Positions 48,196 to 58,164 of a stretch of DNA of 64,000 nucleotides are shown one piece after another. Positions within the stretch are counted from its first letter, which is position 1; each line of letters starts with the position of its first letter. This DNA is from a virus: positions 1 to 64,000 of IMG/VR virus record IMGVR_UViG_3300032053_000011. The stretch is one strand, 5' to 3'. Below the pieces are notes generated by a model. That model did not search any database. It was not told the origin of the DNA and was given only the letters and a program-made list of their open reading frames with translations. The position numbers were made by a program, and so were the translations under genes.

Positions 48196-48926
48196 GTGCG
48201 CCCCATCGCCCACAGGCCGATGCGTCCGGTCCCGAGGGCAAGTGCATGCCCGCCGCTGATCCTGCCCCGAGTACTCGCGATGGCGGGGCCGGTCGAATGC
48301 GACGTCGACCCGCGTACCGTGATCCACTCCGCGACGGCGCGATTCTCGGGATGTCCGATGCGGCTGCCGCCCCGACTCACCAGCGACGTCGAGCCACCAC
48401 CGTCGAGATAGACCGCGAACTTCGCGCGCCGCTGCCGTAGGGCCTCTGCGAACTCGTGCATGGTGCCATGGCCCACCGCCACGAACAGCCGCCCATCATC
48501 GAGAATGCCGAGTGCGGCGCGCCAGACGCTGCTCGTGTTCACCGCGGTACTGGCATCGTTGCGGCCATTCCAGACCAGCGTCGGGTATCCCTGCACCGCG
48601 ATGCTGGCTGTCTCCGGGAAATGATTCCCGAGCATGGCGACTGCGGGTTGTCCTGGAACGACCGAGATGGTGGCGCCACGGGTGGGGTACCGTCCGGTGA
48701 TGGCGATGTCGCGCGCGCGGTCCAGCAGGAAGTAGTCTGGCGATCCGCATGGCTCTGGTGAGCACGCCGAATACATCGGTCCGTCGATGGCGATCTGGAT
48801 GTCGCCGCCGATCTGTAGCGCTTCGGCCGCACGAATCCGTCGAGCGTCGGTGCTCGAGATGGGGACCGAGGCCGTACCGAGCTGTGACGGTGCGAATGGA
48901 ATGAGGGTGACTTCGGTAGCGGCCAT
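48192..48926 (-). CDS. phosphodiester glycosidase (NAGPA/DUF2233) family protein
   Basis: GYPTLV.NG, RAALGI, AVYLDGGGSTSL, R.V motifs. Confidence 0.8.
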   Translation of the reverse strand: MAATEVTLIPFAPSQLGTASVPISSTDARRIRAAEALQIGGDIQIAIDGPMYSACSPEPCGSPDYFLLDRARDIAITGRYPTRGATISVVPGQPAVAMLGNHFPETASIAVQGYPTLVWNGRNDASTAVNTSSVWRAALGILDDGRLFVAVGHGTMHEFAEALRQRRAKFAVYLDGGGSTSLVSRGGSRIGHPENRAVAEWITVRGSTSHSTGPAIASTRGRISGGHALALGTGRIGLWAMGRT

Positions 48927-49037
48927 CGTGAATCGATCTTACACGCCTCGTCCCGTTCACACACGTGGCGCGCAATGTCGTATGGTTGGCGCGGGAGCAA
49001 ACTTGCAGTTGAACCCGCAGTAGCCGATTCTTCGAGG

Positions 49038-49346
49038 ATGGACGCAGCCTCGGCGGAACTCCTAAAGAACGGAATTCTTGGAGCTCTTCTCTTGATCGCT
49101 CTGTTCGCGATCTATACGATGGACAAGAGGCGTGACGAAACTGCCCGCCGCAACGAGGACGCTGCGGCGGTAGTGGCGAAACGGCATGAGGAGCAGCTCA
49201 AAGCCATCCATGATCAGCGCGTCGCCGATCATCAGGCGATGGCCGCTGCGCTTTTGCGGCTGACGACGGAATGTGTTGCAATGTTGACGACGGTCAGCAA
49301 TGGGCTCGAAGCTACCAAAGAGGCGATGGATCGGTGGAGCAAGTAA
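49038..49346 (+). CDS. holin-like membrane protein (BhlA/UviB-like architecture)
   Basis: N-terminal TM LLKNGILGALLLIALFAI plus coiled coil; GAGG SD. Confidence 0.5.
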   Translation: MDAASAELLKNGILGALLLIALFAIYTMDKRRDETARRNEDAAAVVAKRHEEQLKAIHDQRVADHQAMAAALLRLTTECVAMLTTVSNGLEATKEAMDRWSK

Positions 49347-49649
49347 CAACCAGCGTTTCAAGAAAGGGTATCCAATGAACTCCGAGGCCAAGGCCGATCC
49401 GAGTGTTCTCGAGGCATGCGAAACGATGGAATCGAAGCTCAGTCCGGTGCTGGCGCGAGTACGTCGCTCAGCCGCGGAGCTGATCGACAACGCCGAGACG
49501 ATGGCGCGCACTGGCCGCAGCTCGAGCGACAAGTTGCACGCCGTTCGACCATCGCCTGCGGGAACTCCAGCAGTGGCCCCGGCTCCAGGCGGACTGGCGG
49601 CCGATGAAGTCGATGAACTCACCGCTCGCTTCGCGGCTCTGCGTCAGCC

Positions 49650-50045
49650 CTAGTCGTCGGGCAGGTCGGCCAGCAGCTCGAGATAGATCGGTGTGCGCTC
49701 GCCCACGTAGGCACCGGCGACGTTGAAGTCGAAGTACTCGACGGCTTCCTCGTAATCCATTCCGTCGCGCTGCATGAGAATCTCGATGCACTTGGCCCGG
49801 TCGTAGACGATCACCGGCTCCATCGCGCATCGCGATGCCACGCCGACGATTGCTCCCTCGAAGCCATCGGCCATCAGCATCTCTGGGTCGATCTCGGCCA
49901 GTCTCTCGCGCAGGCGCTCGTGGGCCAAGAGCTGCTCTGGAGTTTCCTCGCGGGGGACGCGTGGTGTCTCGACGTCGCCATCGTCGATGATCTCGCCGTC
50001 GCTGGCGCTCACGGAATTCCTGGGTTCCTCGCTCTTGTCGATCAT
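49650..50045 (-). CDS. conserved phage hypothetical protein
   Basis: ADGFEGAIVG...YD..KCIEIL...EEAVEYFDFNV.GAY.GE.TP pattern recalled from phage proteins. Confidence 0.75.
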   Translation of the reverse strand: MIDKSEEPRNSVSASDGEIIDDGDVETPRVPREETPEQLLAHERLRERLAEIDPEMLMADGFEGAIVGVASRCAMEPVIVYDRAKCIEILMQRDGMDYEEAVEYFDFNVAGAYVGERTPIYLELLADLPDD

Positions 50046-50055
50046 CGTCGGCCTC

Positions 50056-50919
50056 CTACACGGGGTACTTCGCCGGATGCACCGGGCCCTCATCGGAGAC
50101 CAGGACGCTCAGGCGCGGATCTGCGAGTACGGCTAGCAGGTCGGCGGGCTGCCCGTCCACCAGCATGTTTCGCGAGATCAGCCTTACGCCGTGCGAGTAA
50201 TCGACGTATTGGTCGCTGTGACTGCTGGCGTTCAGGTCCTGGATCGGATGCGCGGCATTGCTGTACCACGCGCCATAGATCGCGACGTGATGAGGATGGT
50301 TCGTCAACGCCGGAGTGATGACGATGTCCTTCTTGTGGCCCGCGAGAAGACCGGTGCGCCCTTGTCGCGCGCGCTCGATCGCCTGATGGTGTTTCACGTA
50401 CGTCGCGGTCGCTGCGCGGCTATCGGTCTCACCGATGAATCCGATCTTCTGTGCCGCCGCGAAGATCGCGTTGACGATCTTGCGGGTGGGGAGCACTGAG
50501 TTGCGTGCATCGGCAACCGCCTGAGCCGTCTGTGGATACATCGGCGTGCGCAGCCAGTCCGCATCGGTGCCGATTCCGAAGTAGTCCGGCGCCACGTAGA
50601 TCGTGGCCGTGTGACCCGGCGCGCTGAGCTGCACTGGAACAAGCTGCGAGAGAAACGCGGGGACCTCGTCGGCTCTCGCGGCGCGCAGGATCGCTTGCTC
50701 GCGCGCGGTGTCAGACAGCGGTGCGATGACGGCGGCGAATCCGGTTCCCATGGGTACGCTCTCCGTGAAGGTGGTCTCGCGCGAGTTCGACGGGCTCGGT
50801 ATGGGGGTCGGCAAGCGGCTCGGTGTGCTCGGCGTCGTTGCTGCACGCGCCTTGGGCGCCAGGACGAACATCAGCACGCCGCCGATCGCGGCGCCCGCGA
50901 TCAGCCAGTTGCGATTCAC
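50056..50919 (-). CDS. N-terminally anchored putative cell-envelope enzyme
   Basis: TM plus Pro/Thr linker; AGHKKD, VAIYG, H..YVDYSHG.R conserved-looking motifs. Confidence 0.6.
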   Translation of the reverse strand: MNRNWLIAGAAIGGVLMFVLAPKARAATTPSTPSRLPTPIPSPSNSRETTFTESVPMGTGFAAVIAPLSDTAREQAILRAARADEVPAFLSQLVPVQLSAPGHTATIYVAPDYFGIGTDADWLRTPMYPQTAQAVADARNSVLPTRKIVNAIFAAAQKIGFIGETDSRAATATYVKHHQAIERARQGRTGLLAGHKKDIVITPALTNHPHHVAIYGAWYSNAAHPIQDLNASSHSDQYVDYSHGVRLISRNMLVDGQPADLLAVLADPRLSVLVSDEGPVHPAKYPV

Positions 50920-51611
50920 ACCGCGGCTCGGACTTCGACGGGCGCGAGCCCGGGTCGAATGTCAGCGGTGATGCGGACGAGCGCTTCCGACTCTTGCATC
51001 CATCCGGCGATATGCATCGCTTCCGCGAGCGCGAGACAGCAGGCGATCGTGCTCTGGAGCACCGAATTCAGATGATGCGGACGGACGCTCGAGGTGTAAT
51101 CGAGCGCCATCAAGCTGAGACGCTCGGCCTTGCAGGCGTGGGCCCGCGAGACTGCGAGCGAGGCATCGCACTCTTTGCGGGTCCCGGTTGGATTCTCGCG
51201 TACGCCCTTGCCGGTGAACGCCCTATCCGCCTCGCCTACGAGACGGGTCATCCGCACACGAAGCTGGCGCAGCACGTCGCTATGAGGCGCGCCATCGAAG
51301 GCGCTGGCGATCACCTGGAGTGCCGCAGCGCGGCGAATCAGGCTCTCACAGAGGTGGTGAAGGCGGCCTACGAGGATCTCGTTCCACGGGTCGATGAATC
51401 CCACCGCGGCTTCGATCGACTTGCAGGCCTCTCGTACGATGCCGATGTGCTGGAGGTTGAGAGCGCGAGAGACCTCCCCCGGCAGGGGAACAACCTCGGG
51501 CGTTATCAACAGGCCCTCGGCGCGCTTTCTCTTGGATTTTGGCTCCACCGGCGAGGATCCTACGGCTTTCCCACACCACGAGCCAGCACCTTGTGTGTTT
51601 TCTGTGGGCAA
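50916..51611 (-). CDS. hypothetical helical protein
   Basis: GTGA coupling; start uncertain. Confidence 0.45.
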   Translation of the reverse strand: MPTENTQGAGSWCGKAVGSSPVEPKSKRKRAEGLLITPEVVPLPGEVSRALNLQHIGIVREACKSIEAAVGFIDPWNEILVGRLHHLCESLIRRAAALQVIASAFDGAPHSDVLRQLRVRMTRLVGEADRAFTGKGVRENPTGTRKECDASLAVSRAHACKAERLSLMALDYTSSVRPHHLNSVLQSTIACCLALAEAMHIAGWMQESEALVRITADIRPGLAPVEVRAAV

Positions 51612-51830
51612 GCTGTGGACAGCCGTTGCTCGTCCCGTGGAAACCGTGCAAACTCAGGGTCGGATTCGCAAATGGGCGCTGCATCACGCTCCCTGTGAAT
51701 CAAGCCAACGACGCCGCTCACTCCTGCGTCGTGAAGCGGGATGTCCCAACGCCGCGAAGAGTCCGTCCCCCCGGACGACGCGGCGCAGGGCTCCTTGGTC
51801 ATCAACTTGGCGAGACCACACTGGTTTGTC

Positions 51831-53471
51831 TTATTCGGTACCGTCTGGGTCGCTGGGGTCTGGCTTGTCTGGCGCCGGTGCCGGAGGCGGCACGACCCGC
51901 AGACGTCTGCCCTGCTCGCTGCGCTCGAAGTTCTCTCTGATCACGCGGTCGAGGTCTCCCATCTCGGGATCGTGCTCTGATTCGGACTCGGCCACGACAG
52001 GTGGCGCGCTCTTCTGAGCGTCAATCTTCCCCTGGAAGAACCTGCGCTCCGCCTCTGTTCGACGCGCGTGTTCTTCGCGCTTCTTGAGGTTGCGCGCGAT
52101 TGGATCGTCCTCGACCTCGGCATCGACAGACTCGACGGCTTCTGCGGGATCGCCCTCTTCGTCGCCCTCTTCGGCGTCGTCTTCCTCGGCATCATCCTCG
52201 GTGCCCTCGCCATCCTCGTCTTCACTCTCTTCCTCGCCCTCTTCGCCCTCTTCGCCCTCGTCCTGACTATCGGGCAGGACCTCGGGCTCTGGCGCTACGG
52301 GCTCGGATTCTGGCTCGGACACAACGACCGGAGTCTGTGGCGCAACGATGACGGGCGCGGCCACGGGCTGCTCCGCAGGCGGCTCTGCGGCCCGCTCTTC
52401 CGGCGGATCCGGCACGATCATCAGCATCGGTGGTGCTGGTGGCTTGCGGACGATGGTCGGCGTGAACGGGCGCGCCGGGATGCGTGGGGGCGGCGGAATG
52501 TCGTCTGTGCTTGGCGCAGGCGTGCGAGGCATCGGCGGCGGCGGCCGTGACGAGGGCGACTGGCTCTTCCCCTTCTTCCCCTTGGACTTCTTGGCGGCGC
52601 GACGATCATCTTCATCGCGCTCGCGGTCCTTCCTGGCGGTGGCCTTGGACTCGGCGGTAATGATTTCACCGGTGTCGACCAGTCCAGCGGCGGTCATCGC
52701 GAGGATGTAGCGATCGCCTTCCTTCCCGAAGCGATTCTTGTCGGCCATGATCTCGCGGAGTTCAGCGGACCGTGCCACGCGCTTGTAGCGGATGACCGCA
52801 TCGACCCAGAATTCCAGCTTCTTCGGGCCAGCGACGCTGCCGTCGTCGTTGGTCTGGCCGACCAGGAAGACCGTGATGTTGGCCTGCTTCGCAAGCCGCA
52901 CGAGATCTCGCGTCAGACGGCGAATCTGCGCAGTGCCGCCGCGCTGCCCCTTCTCGGACGGCGAGGCAAAGGCCTGGGCCGAGTCGACCACCATCGCCTG
53001 CGGGCGGTGCACATCCGCAGCCCACAGCAGCTCTTCGATCCATTCGCTCTGGAGGAAGCTCACGCGGCTCGAGTCGCCATATCCGAGCCGCGCCACCAGC
53101 CGCGAGAATTGCGACTCAGCCTCTTCGCCGGACACGTAGAGCACGCGCGGGAGAGTCATGCTCAGTCCGACGCACGCTTGCAGCAGCAGCGTCGACTTGC
53201 CGACGCCGCGGTCGCCAACCACCAGCACTACGGACCCAGGGACGGCGCCGCCGCCGAGGACAAGGTCCATGCTGGTCATCGCCGTGGAGACCCGCGGTGG
53301 ATGTTCGCGGGTCATCATGTTCAGCGGACGAATACGCGCCCGAAGCGCCGCATGACCGGCCATCCGCGCACGCAGTTTCCCCTCGCGGTGACAGCCTGGA
53401 CAGTTCAGCCGCCAGTAGCGAGCCGCGATGCCGCAAACCCTGCACTCATACTGGAACTCAGCGTCATTCAC
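51831..53471 (-). CDS. radA: RadA/Sms-like RecA-family ATPase with Pro-rich and acidic tail
   Basis: C4 Zn finger, GDRGVGKST, YVSGEE, VDS.Q, GPK.LE..VD, KNRFG; no Lon-like domain visible. Confidence 0.8.
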   Translation of the reverse strand: MNDAEFQYECRVCGIAARYWRLNCPGCHREGKLRARMAGHAALRARIRPLNMMTREHPPRVSTAMTSMDLVLGGGAVPGSVVLVVGDRGVGKSTLLLQACVGLSMTLPRVLYVSGEEAESQFSRLVARLGYGDSSRVSFLQSEWIEELLWAADVHRPQAMVVDSAQAFASPSEKGQRGGTAQIRRLTRDLVRLAKQANITVFLVGQTNDDGSVAGPKKLEFWVDAVIRYKRVARSAELREIMADKNRFGKEGDRYILAMTAAGLVDTGEIITAESKATARKDRERDEDDRRAAKKSKGKKGKSQSPSSRPPPPMPRTPAPSTDDIPPPPRIPARPFTPTIVRKPPAPPMLMIVPDPPEERAAEPPAEQPVAAPVIVAPQTPVVVSEPESEPVAPEPEVLPDSQDEGEEGEEGEEESEDEDGEGTEDDAEEDDAEEGDEEGDPAEAVESVDAEVEDDPIARNLKKREEHARRTEAERRFFQGKIDAQKSAPPVVAESESEHDPEMGDLDRVIRENFERSEQGRRLRVVPPPAPAPDKPDPSDPDGTE

Positions 53472-53962
53472 GATGGCCCGCGCGTCTTTCCGCGTTTCTT
53501 CTGGCGTTCGAGCGCGAGCTTCACGACGACGCTGATCAGATCGTGGGTTCTGGTCCAGCGATCAATCAGCGCAATGGTGAGCGAGAGCGCTACGAGCGCG
53601 AGCGCAGCCACACCGATCCAGGCACACAGCACGAGAGCGATCCAGCCAGCCAGCGTGAGTGCGCTACCCATGAACTCCAAGTGCCTCGGGCGGCAGTCTA
53701 CCGCTTCGAGGAGATACTCCATACCACCTTGAGCCGTCGGCGGCCTGATGGGGCGATTGTCCGGGCGGCGGCGTGTAGTGGCCGCGCGGCAAGACGCAGC
53801 GACAGTTCTCGTTGGTGCCAGCCCAGCACCGCGCAGGCGGCACTGCCATGACCATCGCACGTTTCTTCTTGCTGACCTTGGCCGCCCGGGTCCCGCGTCG
53901 AGCGATACCTGCGCGGATCCGCTCGCCATGCGATTCCGCGGTGCCATCTCCAATGCCCAGTT

Positions 53963-54436
53963 TCACAGTATTTGCTCCGTTGGTGGCTGCACGTTGACCG
54001 CGATCCATGTCTTCGAGGGCTTGCCACGCACCGTAAGTCGCGTGTGGCCGGTCGACACGAGTTCCCCGGACTTTTCGAGCGCGAGGCGCCCATGCCGGAT
54101 GCGGTCCAACGAGGTCGTGTATCCCTGCGTCGCGCAGGCGAGAAGGATCTCCTCGTCGTTCCGGTCAACACCATCGGCCATCGCGACCCTCACCGCCGCG
54201 GCCACCTTGCGCGCCGCCTTGGCAGCCTCCTCCGCAGCAGCGGCGCTGGTCTCGGGGTCGGTGGAGCGAGTCATCCGAAAGCTCGTCATGCTCAGGCCGA
54301 TGATCCTGCTGCGTGCAGCTTCAAGCTCGGTACGCGTACTCTCGAGCGTGGCCTCGAGATCCGCGATCTTCGCTTGAAGCAGCGGGCACTCTGGACACTT
54401 CCCATAGCGGAACAACGGCAGTGAGTCATCCGACAT
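53963..54436 (-). CDS. putative winged-helix DNA-binding protein
   Basis: RSTDPETS..AA...R.R..L...G.L...G.TR....G....W phage pattern. Confidence 0.55.
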   Translation of the reverse strand: MSDDSLPLFRYGKCPECPLLQAKIADLEATLESTRTELEAARSRIIGLSMTSFRMTRSTDPETSAAAAEEAAKAARKVAAAVRVAMADGVDRNDEEILLACATQGYTTSLDRIRHGRLALEKSGELVSTGHTRLTVRGKPSKTWIAVNVQPPTEQIL

Positions 54437-54447
54437 GCGAGCACCTC

Positions 54448-55401
54448 TCAGCGCGATGGCGCAATGGGTCGAAACATACCGGCGTGATTGTATTGCACGT
54501 GCCAGTGCGCGCCCCGTTGGTAGCGGTCATATTCTGACAATACGCTCGGCGCGATGGACCAATGCCCTGTCTCGCGGGCATCAAACTGCACCATGTACTC
54601 GAGCGTATCCCAGGTGCACTCGTCGAACCCACGATCGTGGAGCGCCTCGTCGTCGGTGATGCAGGTCTGGCCGCCGACGGCGATCAGGTCCGGCGGTCGA
54701 ATCGGCATGTGGTCGTTCCCGACGAGCGTGCGCTCCTGGGTCTGCGGCCAGCTCGGGTACTCGTATTCACAGTGGCTGTCGTAGTCGGTGCAAGAATCCC
54801 AGCACGTGTCGTACACGGTGCGGGAACAGGTCGAGCAGGACGTACGTGACGATCGATTACGGCCCGAGCCGGATGTGGTGGTGCGGCAACGACAGTCGTA
54901 GTTTTCCTGGTGCCGATTGCATTGATGCGGATTGCACAGATGATGGCCGCGGACCTGGGTGGTGCAGCTCACATCGAATGCATGGGCATGCATCCGGTCA
55001 TGCCAGTCACTCCCGTGATTGATTCGTCGGGCACGCATGCCGACATGAAAGGTCCAGCGCGTTTCGCTGACGACTGCGTTCGCATCCCGCGTCGCGAACA
55101 CGTAGTACGCGCCTGCGACGAGTCCGCTCAGCATCAGACCAAAGACAAGGCTCATGCCGCCGATGCGACCGGCGCGAGCCCAGGGGAGCGCATCGAGATA
55201 GCGTCCCACCTGCTCGATTCGTGCGAGGTAGGCCGGGCGCTCTCCCGGAACATCGATCTCGGTGGCGCGATAGCCATCGCCGACGCGAATGGTCTTCGCG
55301 CGGCGAGCGCTGTGAAAGCGCTCGAGCCGCGCGACGAGTCGCTCCCACCAACGATCCCCTTCTGGAACGGGATCAGGCCATGAGCTTGCTGCGCCCATCA
55401 A
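54448..55401 (-). CDS. membrane-anchored Cys-rich protein
   Basis: TM LVFGLMLSGLVAGAYYVF followed by many Cys. Confidence 0.6.
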   Translation of the reverse strand: MMGAASSWPDPVPEGDRWWERLVARLERFHSARRAKTIRVGDGYRATEIDVPGERPAYLARIEQVGRYLDALPWARAGRIGGMSLVFGLMLSGLVAGAYYVFATRDANAVVSETRWTFHVGMRARRINHGSDWHDRMHAHAFDVSCTTQVRGHHLCNPHQCNRHQENYDCRCRTTTSGSGRNRSSRTSCSTCSRTVYDTCWDSCTDYDSHCEYEYPSWPQTQERTLVGNDHMPIRPPDLIAVGGQTCITDDEALHDRGFDECTWDTLEYMVQFDARETGHWSIAPSVLSEYDRYQRGAHWHVQYNHAGMFRPIAPSR

Positions 55402-56219
55402 TCGTCCAACGCGTCAATGGCGCCGAGGAGAGTGCTCTCGGTCACGGGATCGATGTGCATCTGGATGACCTCTTTCGCGTCGCCGCAGTTCATGATCCGC
55501 TGCCCGAGTTCAATGCGCTCTTCGCGCCACTGCCGCGCAGCGCGGAGCAGGGCCTGGACTCGCGCGCGGTATTCCCTGGGCTTCATGGCCTCGCCGACTC
55601 CGGCATGATGCGGCCATTCTCGTCGATGAGTCGAATGACGTGACCATCGCCGTTGTGCGTGACGAACCACTCGCTGGAGATCGCCATGTACTTGCCGCAG
55701 ACCTCGATCGAAAAGGCGATGCCAGCGGAGCACAGCGCAAGGATCTGCGGGCGCGCGTCCAGAATCGCGAGCAGGTCGCCGTCGGCGTGGTTCATCCCGA
55801 ACTCGTCCGGCTGCGCCGAACCGCAGGAGCACTCCAATCGCCAGTTGCAGCTCATCGTGATGGCGTTCCCGGGAGCTGGAAGCCCTTCTCGAGAAGGCCC
55901 ATCGGCAGCATCCCAATATCCATCGGACGAGCCCTCCACGCCGCCTCCATCATCTCGTTAGAGATCCGGCCTTCGAGCATGTCATTGCCGAAGACCACCC
56001 ATGCAGCGATGAAAGTCTCGCTGTCTCGCGTGAGCTTCGCTGCGTTGATCTTGAACTCTCGACACTGCGTGCGAAGGATCACCGCGCAGACCTCGAATCC
56101 GAGCACCGCCTCCTGGTAGGTCGTGATGAAGATGTCGTTCGCATCGAATCCGATGCGACGCAGCGCCTCCCAATAGGCCCAGCAGGCGAGAACGTCGGGC
56201 GCATATCGATCCGTCGCGC

Positions 56220-56663
56220 TCATCCCACCCTCAGTTCGGTCTCGACGAACCCCGGACAACCGCAGGCGTTGTCCGCGCCGTAGAAGACGATGCACTTGTT
56301 CTCGTCGGTCGCCGCGCGCTCGATCCCGTTGGCGGAGTCGATCAGCTTGCTGCAATGCAGGTCGCGGGCGTGCTGGCATAGACCGCATGCGTCGCCGCGC
56401 TCCTTCCGACGCACGTCGCCCAGCAGTTCACAGCTCTGGACCCGGACATTGAACGTCCAGATCTCGGTGAGGAAGGTTGTGCTGAGATCGCGCTCGAACT
56501 CGGCGACGATCGACTCGCCGACCTCTTCGTCGTGAGTAGCCAGCAGATTACGCAGAAACGTCGCGCCATGGACCAGCGCGTGCGACTCGCTGGTGAATGC
56601 CAACGGAGCAACCTTCACCGATTTGCTGTCGTTCTCGACCATGAGCAAGAAGACGCGGCTCAT
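56220..56663 (-). CDS. hypothetical protein, tandem paralogue
   Basis: VAEFERDL...VQSCEL shared with next gene. Confidence 0.6.
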   Translation of the reverse strand: MSRVFLLMVENDSKSVKVAPLAFTSESHALVHGATFLRNLLATHDEEVGESIVAEFERDLSTTFLTEIWTFNVRVQSCELLGDVRRKERGDACGLCQHARDLHCSKLIDSANGIERAATDENKCIVFYGADNACGCPGFVETELRVG

Positions 56664-56959
56664 GGAGTGTCCCGCTCGCCTCGTAGCTCGCAGGTCTGCA
56701 CGGACAGGATGTATTGGCCATCCTTGTGTGAGAACTCGATCATGAGTTCTCGCTCGAACTCCGCGACTACGCTGTCCACCAACTCAGCGCTGGCGCCGGA
56801 ATAGAGTTCGCGTAGCCGAGCGACGCCGAGGTTCACCGCATCCGATTCTTTCAAGAAGACCACCGGGATGTCTCCCCCACCGTCATCGCGTTCGGCCGCG
56901 AACAGATACACGGAACTGATCTTGACGAGCGTGTGTGGCATCGATGGGTTCAGGTTCAT
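56660..56959 (-). CDS. hypothetical protein, tandem paralogue
   Basis: VAEFEREL...VQTCEL; GCTATC-box promoter variant upstream (56968-56997). Confidence 0.6.
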   Translation of the reverse strand: MNLNPSMPHTLVKISSVYLFAAERDDGGGDIPVVFLKESDAVNLGVARLRELYSGASAELVDSVVAEFERELMIEFSHKDGQYILSVQTCELRGERDTP

Positions 56960-57000
56960 CGAACGAATGGATAGCACATCGATAGCGACCCGGGCAACCG

Positions 57001-57780
57001 CTACTTTGGGGCCCGATCGACGACTTCGATGATCCCTACGGCGACGGTGCGAATGTGGGCGAGGCGCTCGCGTAGGACCGAGCTGTCATTCTCACGGACC
57101 CAGCGCACGGCCTCACCGATCTTCTCGGCATCCCAGGACTGGATGGCCACACCAGATGCCGCTTCGAACTTCGCGATCGTCTCTCTCAGGTGGGCCGCTT
57201 CGCGTTTCGCGTTTTCAGCGACACCGCGTTCGTATCGCAGCGAGCTTGCATGCCTCATCTCGAGCTCCTCCTTGTTCGTCTCGACACGCTTGGCAGCCAG
57301 AGCGGCGATCTCTTCACCGCTGATCCTGGTGGAGATGTCGACCACATTGCGGAAGATCGAGGCGAGGAACGCACGGGAGATCGGCTCTGGCGTCAACGGC
57401 GGCGCGTCGACCTTCACAGCGAAGCCCTTGCCCTTCGGCACGAGCAGCCCCCAGGTCGGCGGCAGCTCGCCGGGCTGCACGATCGCCGGATCGCTCACAG
57501 CCAGCCACCATCGGTTGCAGAAGCGAAGGATCTCCGCGGCCTTCTCGGGGTCCTTCAACTCCCGCAAGAAGTCCGAGCGCTCGACCTTGATCTCGATCCC
57601 GTGCAGCTCGAGACCGCGGGACGGATACAGGGACATCGCCATGCCATCGGCCGTACGCGTCGTCCGGCCATATCCGGTCTGATTTCGCACGTGCGACAGG
57701 AAGGCCCAGGCCGGTGGCTGATACCGCTCGCGCAGCGCGGCCAGCATCCGAGGCTCCCCCCAACTGTTACGTTCAGCCAT
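57001..57780 (-). CDS. PD-(D/E)XK (MmcB-like) phage protein
   Basis: RTAD...PSRG...GIEIKV.RSDFLREL..PEK, ELP.TWGL. Confidence 0.75.
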   Translation of the reverse strand: MAERNSWGEPRMLAALRERYQPPAWAFLSHVRNQTGYGRTTRTADGMAMSLYPSRGLELHGIEIKVERSDFLRELKDPEKAAEILRFCNRWWLAVSDPAIVQPGELPPTWGLLVPKGKGFAVKVDAPPLTPEPISRAFLASIFRNVVDISTRISGEEIAALAAKRVETNKEELEMRHASSLRYERGVAENAKREAAHLRETIAKFEAASGVAIQSWDAEKIGEAVRWVRENDSSVLRERLAHIRTVAVGIIEVVDRAPK

Positions 57781-57792
57781 CGGCGTGCTCGA

Positions 57793-58164
57793 CTACAGGA
57801 CCGCGAAGACCCCGCGACCATCCAAGCGCACCAGGGCGGCACGGTGAACAGGCTCGCCGGTGCTCGCGACGACGAAGGTCTCGAAGAGACGTGGATCGTA
57901 CCGGAGTTGCACTGCATGACTGAAGGTCGCAGCAAACATCCGCACGCCGGTGATCCAGGCGTGGACGTTCTTGGGCCCACCGGCGGCGACCGCGCGACGC
58001 CCGGCGGGCTGCACGGTCATGGTGCAGTCGCGCAGGATCACGATGGGCTGATGATCGAGCACACGGCCGCCATGTTCCCGGATCGAGTAGACCGTCTTGC
58101 CGTCCTGCGACCAATGCAGGTTCTTGTAGACGTCGACTCGTTCCGTCACGAGTTGCAGATCCAT
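57793..58164 (-). CDS. conserved phage hypothetical protein
   Basis: VYKNLH...YSIR..GRV..KNVHA..YDP pattern. Confidence 0.7.
   Translation of the reverse strand: MDLQLVTERVDVYKNLHWSQDGKTVYSIREHGGRVLDHQPIVILRDCTMTVQPAGRRAVAAGGPKNVHAWITGVRMFAATFSHAVQLRYDPRLFETFVVASTGEPVHRAALVRLDGRGVFAVL

Noticed and set aside
52130-52270. TCTTC/GCCCTC short tandem repeats
   Set aside because: They simply encode the Glu/Asp/Gly low-complexity tail of the RadA-like protein.
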